From NCBI GenBank assembly GCA_002708985.1, contig PAPS01000017.1, positions 21,459 through 85,458 of the forward strand: a stretch of DNA of 64,000 nt, in the 5' to 3' direction. The notes under the pieces are model-generated. The model saw only the letters and a list, made by a program, of their open reading frames with translations. It was not told the DNA's origin and searched no databases. Positions within the stretch are counted from its first letter, which is position 1. Each line of letters begins with the position of its first letter. The DNA comes from Saprospirales bacterium. GTDB taxonomy: Bacteria > Bacteroidota > Bacteroidia > Chitinophagales > UBA8649. Below are positions 61,193 to 64,000 of this stretch, piece after piece. The position numbers and the translations under genes are program-made.

Positions 61193-61212
61193 CAATCAAA
61201 CGGAGATAGAAG

Positions 61213-61296
61213 TGCCCGGGGCGGGACTCGAACCCGCACGTCCTTAAGGACACATGGCCCTCAACCATGCCTGTCTACCAGTTTCAGCACCCGGGC
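61213..61296 (-). tRNA. tRNA-Leu (anticodon GAG)
   Basis: Folded by hand from the reverse complement. Acceptor GCCCGGG/CCCGGGC. D stem CUG/CAG with a GG-containing loop. Anticodon stem CAUGG/CCAUG with loop UUGAGGG. Long variable arm GUCC-UUAA-GGAC. T arm GCGGG-UUCGAGU-CCCGC. Discriminator A, and no encoded CCA. Confidence 0.9.
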
Positions 61297-61320
61297 AGAC
61301 GGGTAAATATACAAATTAGT

Positions 61321-61683
61321 CTATGCGAAAAGCGATTTACAACTGTAGTAGCTACCGATAAAAAAAAGTAAGCCAAACCCAACACTCATCACATGATAGA
61401 GTATTGAATTACCAGGGCCATGGCTGGATAAACAGGAAAATACGATATATCCACTAAAGGTTGAAAGACCACCACAAAGGCTAACAACACCCATCTTAAC
61501 CATAGGGTTGTTGATGGGGATAGCTAACAAATAACCCATTATTGCACATGCGATTATATTGGATAAAAGTACACCACTATCTAAAGACTTTAGGTAGGGA
61601 ATAAAGGAAAGCAGGTAACGCAAAACACCCCCTATCCCAGTACAACAAAAAATGATAAAAAACTTAAACAAATCAATACGCAT
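61321..61683 (-). CDS. crcB: fluoride ion channel CrcB/FluC
   Basis: 120 aa with four hydrophobic helices, GIGGVLRYLLS near the N-terminus, and the GGLSTFSGY motif. Confidence 0.8.
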   Translation of the reverse strand: MRIDLFKFFIIFCCTGIGGVLRYLLSFIPYLKSLDSGVLLSNIIACAIMGYLLAIPINNPMVKMGVVSLCGGLSTFSGYIVFSCLSSHGPGNSILYHVMSVGFGLLFFIGSYYSCKSLFA

Positions 61684-61695
61684 TATTCAAGGGGC

Positions 61696-62775
61696 TTAGC
61701 TCGTGCTCTTTTTCTCAGCCCCCCTATTATATAGTATTTGTAAAACGAAAAAAACAACAAGAAATACGTTGAGCAACACAAATGACCAACCTAAAAGGGA
61801 TAGATTAAATGGGTATTGCTCAGAGAAAAAACTTAGGGAAAGAATGCCAAACACAATGGATAGCAAAAACAAAATAAGAGCAACTTGCTGTTCAGAAAAA
61901 CCACAATAGACTAAATGATGAGCCAAATGATCTCTACCTCCAACAAATGGAGATGATTTCTTCAGCAAGCGCCGTAAAAAAACAGTAATCGTATCCATTA
62001 TAGGAACAGCAAAAACAAGTACGGGAATCATGAATTGCTGTACTTGAAAAACACCACCATAAGCGACCCGGTGGTTCCAAAATAGTTCAACACCCAAACC
62101 GGCCAAAAAGACACCAAGAAATTGAGACCCTGTATCTCCCATATAGATCTTAGCGGGGGTCCAATTAAACGGCAAAAAGGCGATTAGGCTTGCCAACACA
62201 CCAATGATACAAGGATAAACCCAAAGGCTAGGTAATACAATGAGCAATGCCATTATAATAGCAATGATTAAAACAGAAATAGAAACTGATGTGGTTATTG
62301 CATCCATATTATCCAACATGTTAATGGAATTCATAATGGCAATTACCCAAAATATGGTAAGAGTATAATCTATAATCTCTACACCACTGAATTCAATAAC
62401 AACACCTCCTAGGCACAAGATTAATCCACACAACACCTGACCGATGAACTTAACAACAGGTACAGTATCATAGGTGTCGTCTGCTAAGCCAAGCAAGAAG
62501 CCAAGACAACAAGCCGCGGTGAAAGAAGTCCGTTTTAATTCACTCGGGACATTGAGACCCTCTATTGGTAAAAGACTAATTGATACGCTAAAGCAAAGAA
62601 AGAAGGTTAGTCCACCAACAGAAGGTTTAACTTCTGCGCTCCACCGTTCTTGTCCAAGGGCAGATGGTTGTCTCACACCTAGGCCCCGACTAAATCTCAG
62701 AAATAGTCCATGTGTAGCATACCCAAAAAGAAAGACAGCTACAAACAAAATGGCCCAATATATCTTTTGCTCCAC
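61696..62775 (-). CDS. polyprenyl-phosphate N-acetylhexosamine-1-phosphate transferase (GT4, MraY/WecA family)
   Basis: Polytopic membrane protein with LADD.YD, NMLDNMDA (NxxDGxDG-like) and MGDTGSQFLG motifs. Confidence 0.8.
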   Translation of the reverse strand: MEQKIYWAILFVAVFLFGYATHGLFLRFSRGLGVRQPSALGQERWSAEVKPSVGGLTFFLCFSVSISLLPIEGLNVPSELKRTSFTAACCLGFLLGLADDTYDTVPVVKFIGQVLCGLILCLGGVVIEFSGVEIIDYTLTIFWVIAIMNSINMLDNMDAITTSVSISVLIIAIIMALLIVLPSLWVYPCIIGVLASLIAFLPFNWTPAKIYMGDTGSQFLGVFLAGLGVELFWNHRVAYGGVFQVQQFMIPVLVFAVPIMDTITVFLRRLLKKSSPFVGGRDHLAHHLVYCGFSEQQVALILFLLSIVFGILSLSFFSEQYPFNLSLLGWSFVLLNVFLVVFFVLQILYNRGAEKKSTS

Positions 62776-62795
62776 AATCTTAAAACTAAAGAGAT

Positions 62796-64000
62796 TTAAG
62801 ATTTTTTGCGAAATATTGAAAACAAGCTGGATCTTTCTTTTTTTCTAGTATTGTCGGAATCTGAATAATACCCATATCCATATCCATACCCATATCCATA
62901 CCCGTATCCATACCCATATCCATACCCGTATCCATACCCATAATTGTAATAAGACCCAGATACGCCCCTTCCGTAGTCATTCATAATAATGGACAGGCTG
63001 GGAACCTGAAGGTTCTCTTTGGTAGATTCAATATGTCCTACAAATGACCTGTGAGAATAATCTGCTCTCAACACATAGATGGGATTATTTACCGTGCTAA
63101 TCACAGGGATGGAGTCTGTTACTAATCCAATAGGAGGAGTATCAAAAATGACAACATCAAATGAAGTTTTTACTTCGTCAATAAAGTTAATAAAGGGTTC
63201 TCCGCCAATAAGTTCAGAAGGATTTGGTGGAATAGGTCCTGCTGGAACTGCCCAAAGGTTTTCCTCTGACGTAGAGAATGTAATATCCTCTTTTGTAGAT
63301 CGCTTGTTGAGGAGGGTGCTCATTCCAGCAGAGTTAGGAAGGTCAAAGATCTTATGTATACGAGGTTTTCTTAAATCAACATCCACCAGTAGCACACGCT
63401 TGCCCTGCATGGCAATAATAGCAGCGAGATTAATAGCTACAAATGTTTTTCCCTCTCCGGGAATAGTTGAGGTGACAGCGATAGAACGAAACCCCTTATC
63501 TGCGTCTAAAAACTCAAGATTACTTCGAACGCCTCTAAATGACTCAGATATACCACTTTTAGGACGATTGGTCACAACGATTGATGACATAGGAAGCTTT
63601 TCTGAATATCGCTGAATAACCCCAAGAAGAGATGTTTCAGTTTGGGATGTTATGTCTTCAATATTGATAATTTCTTTATGTGTTACATATCGAAACACGA
63701 CCAAGATAAGTGAAAGAATTGCCCCAATGGCCAAGCCAACAAACCGAATAAAGCTATCGTCAGGGGCTACGTGTTTTTCCGCTATTTTAGGCATTTCAAG
63801 AATAATATAATCACTTACTATACCTGCCCTTGATAGGGTAAAGGAGGCTTTACGGTCAAGAAGGCTATTATAGAAAGATGACTTAACCTCATAATCTCTT
63901 TTTAATCTCAAATACTCTGCTTCGAATAATGGCAATAAGTCTAGTTCTTCTAGCAGTTTGTTAATTTCTGCAACTACAGCGTCTTTTTCTTGTTGAAACT
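62796..64000 (-). CDS. polysaccharide co-polymerase / tyrosine autokinase (Wzc-like BY-kinase), C-terminal part
   Basis: Walker A PGEGKTFVAINLA, Walker A' VLLVDVDLRKP, Walker B FDVVIFDTPP, and a Tyr-rich tail. My translation upstream of the track's TTG start (63935) stays open to 64000 (...FQQEKDAVVAEINKLLEELDLLPLFEAEY...). The gene therefore continues beyond the window. Confidence 0.85.
   Translation of the reverse strand, partial: FQQEKDAVVAEINKLLEELDLLPLFEAEYLRLKRDYEVKSSFYNSLLDRKASFTLSRAGIVSDYIILEMPKIAEKHVAPDDSFIRFVGLAIGAILSLILVVFRYVTHKEIINIEDITSQTETSLLGVIQRYSEKLPMSSIVVTNRPKSGISESFRGVRSNLEFLDADKGFRSIAVTSTIPGEGKTFVAINLAAIIAMQGKRVLLVDVDLRKPRIHKIFDLPNSAGMSTLLNKRSTKEDITFSTSEENLWAVPAGPIPPNPSELIGGEPFINFIDEVKTSFDVVIFDTPPIGLVTDSIPVISTVNNPIYVLRADYSHRSFVGHIESTKENLQVPSLSIIMNDYGRGVSGSYYNYGYGYGYGYGYGYGYGYGYGYGYGYYSDSDNTRKKERSSLFSIFRKKS
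62871..62942 (-). repeat. 72-nt in-frame tandem repeat encoding (Tyr-Gly)x12
   Basis: Coding strand reads TATGGG TATGGA TACGGG TATGGA (twice), then TATGGG TATGGA TATGGA TATGGG. This is a hexanucleotide unit with a 24-nt super-period, and it forms the C-terminal tyrosine cluster of the BY-kinase. Confidence 0.9.

Noticed and set aside
61193-61320. The tRNA-Leu locus as a possible integration hotspot (looked for an integrase, direct repeats of the tRNA 3' end, or phage genes nearby).
   Set aside because: The flanking genes are a deacetylase and crcB. I saw no integrase or recombinase and no duplicated tRNA fragment.
61684-61695. Fluoride riboswitch expected upstream of crcB.
   Set aside because: Only 12 nt separate crcB from the preceding gene, which is too short for the motif.
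62786-62980. 64-aa ORF with a striking MGMDTGMDMGMD repeat.
   Set aside because: It is a same-strand, alternative-frame reading of the (YG)12 hexanucleotide repeat. The repeat belongs to the BY-kinase reading frame, which carries the Walker motifs.
1-64000. Scan of the whole window for CRISPR arrays, IS elements or transposases, toxin-antitoxin pairs, restriction-modification genes or known defence genes.
   Set aside because: No regularly spaced repeats were seen, and no ORF has transposase, integrase, nuclease-helicase or methyltransferase hallmarks. The only tandem repeat is the coding (YG)12 tract.

Overview
This window looks like about 60 tightly packed genes from the core chromosome of a Bacteroidota bacterium (Flavobacteriia/Cytophagia-like). 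Supporting markers are a GldH-like gliding lipoprotein, an rplM-rpsI-rpsB-tsf-pyrH-frr block, rnc-fabF-acpP placed divergently from an IPExxxVDY-like gene plus pyk, and LptD/OstA-like envelope genes. The content is overwhelmingly housekeeping. It covers replication and repair (recJ, dnaG, holB, ligA), translation (four ribosomal protein genes plus tsf and frr, gltX, mnmG, tadA, ybeY, one tRNA-Leu), central and lipid metabolism (thiolase, E2, lpd, pyk, fabF, acpP, idi, ispB-like), cofactor genes (kmo, a TDO-like gene, nadD, cinA, PTPS/queD, PCD) and envelope or polysaccharide genes. I found no rRNA, CRISPR array, transposase, integrase, prophage or recognisable defence genes. I cannot point to a convincing novel multi-gene system, and the honest reading is an ordinary core region with a few oddities. 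The most notable are: (1) a shortened, divergent tryptophan-2,3-dioxygenase-family protein beside nadD, with kynurenine 3-monooxygenase 54 kb away; (2) an orphan MlaD/MCE gene translationally coupled to a large OstA/LptA-like repeat protein, next to an LptD-like gene; (3) a BY-kinase ending in a perfect (YG)12 tail encoded by a 72-nt tandem repeat; (4) a GT2 enzyme fused to what looks like a gutted sugar-transferase module; (5) a hairpin-dense 252-bp ORF-free spacer between holB and gldH; (6) a 1049-aa membrane-anchored acidic coiled-coil protein paired with an orphan RsbW-type kinase. All family calls come from reading motifs by eye. No searches were run.
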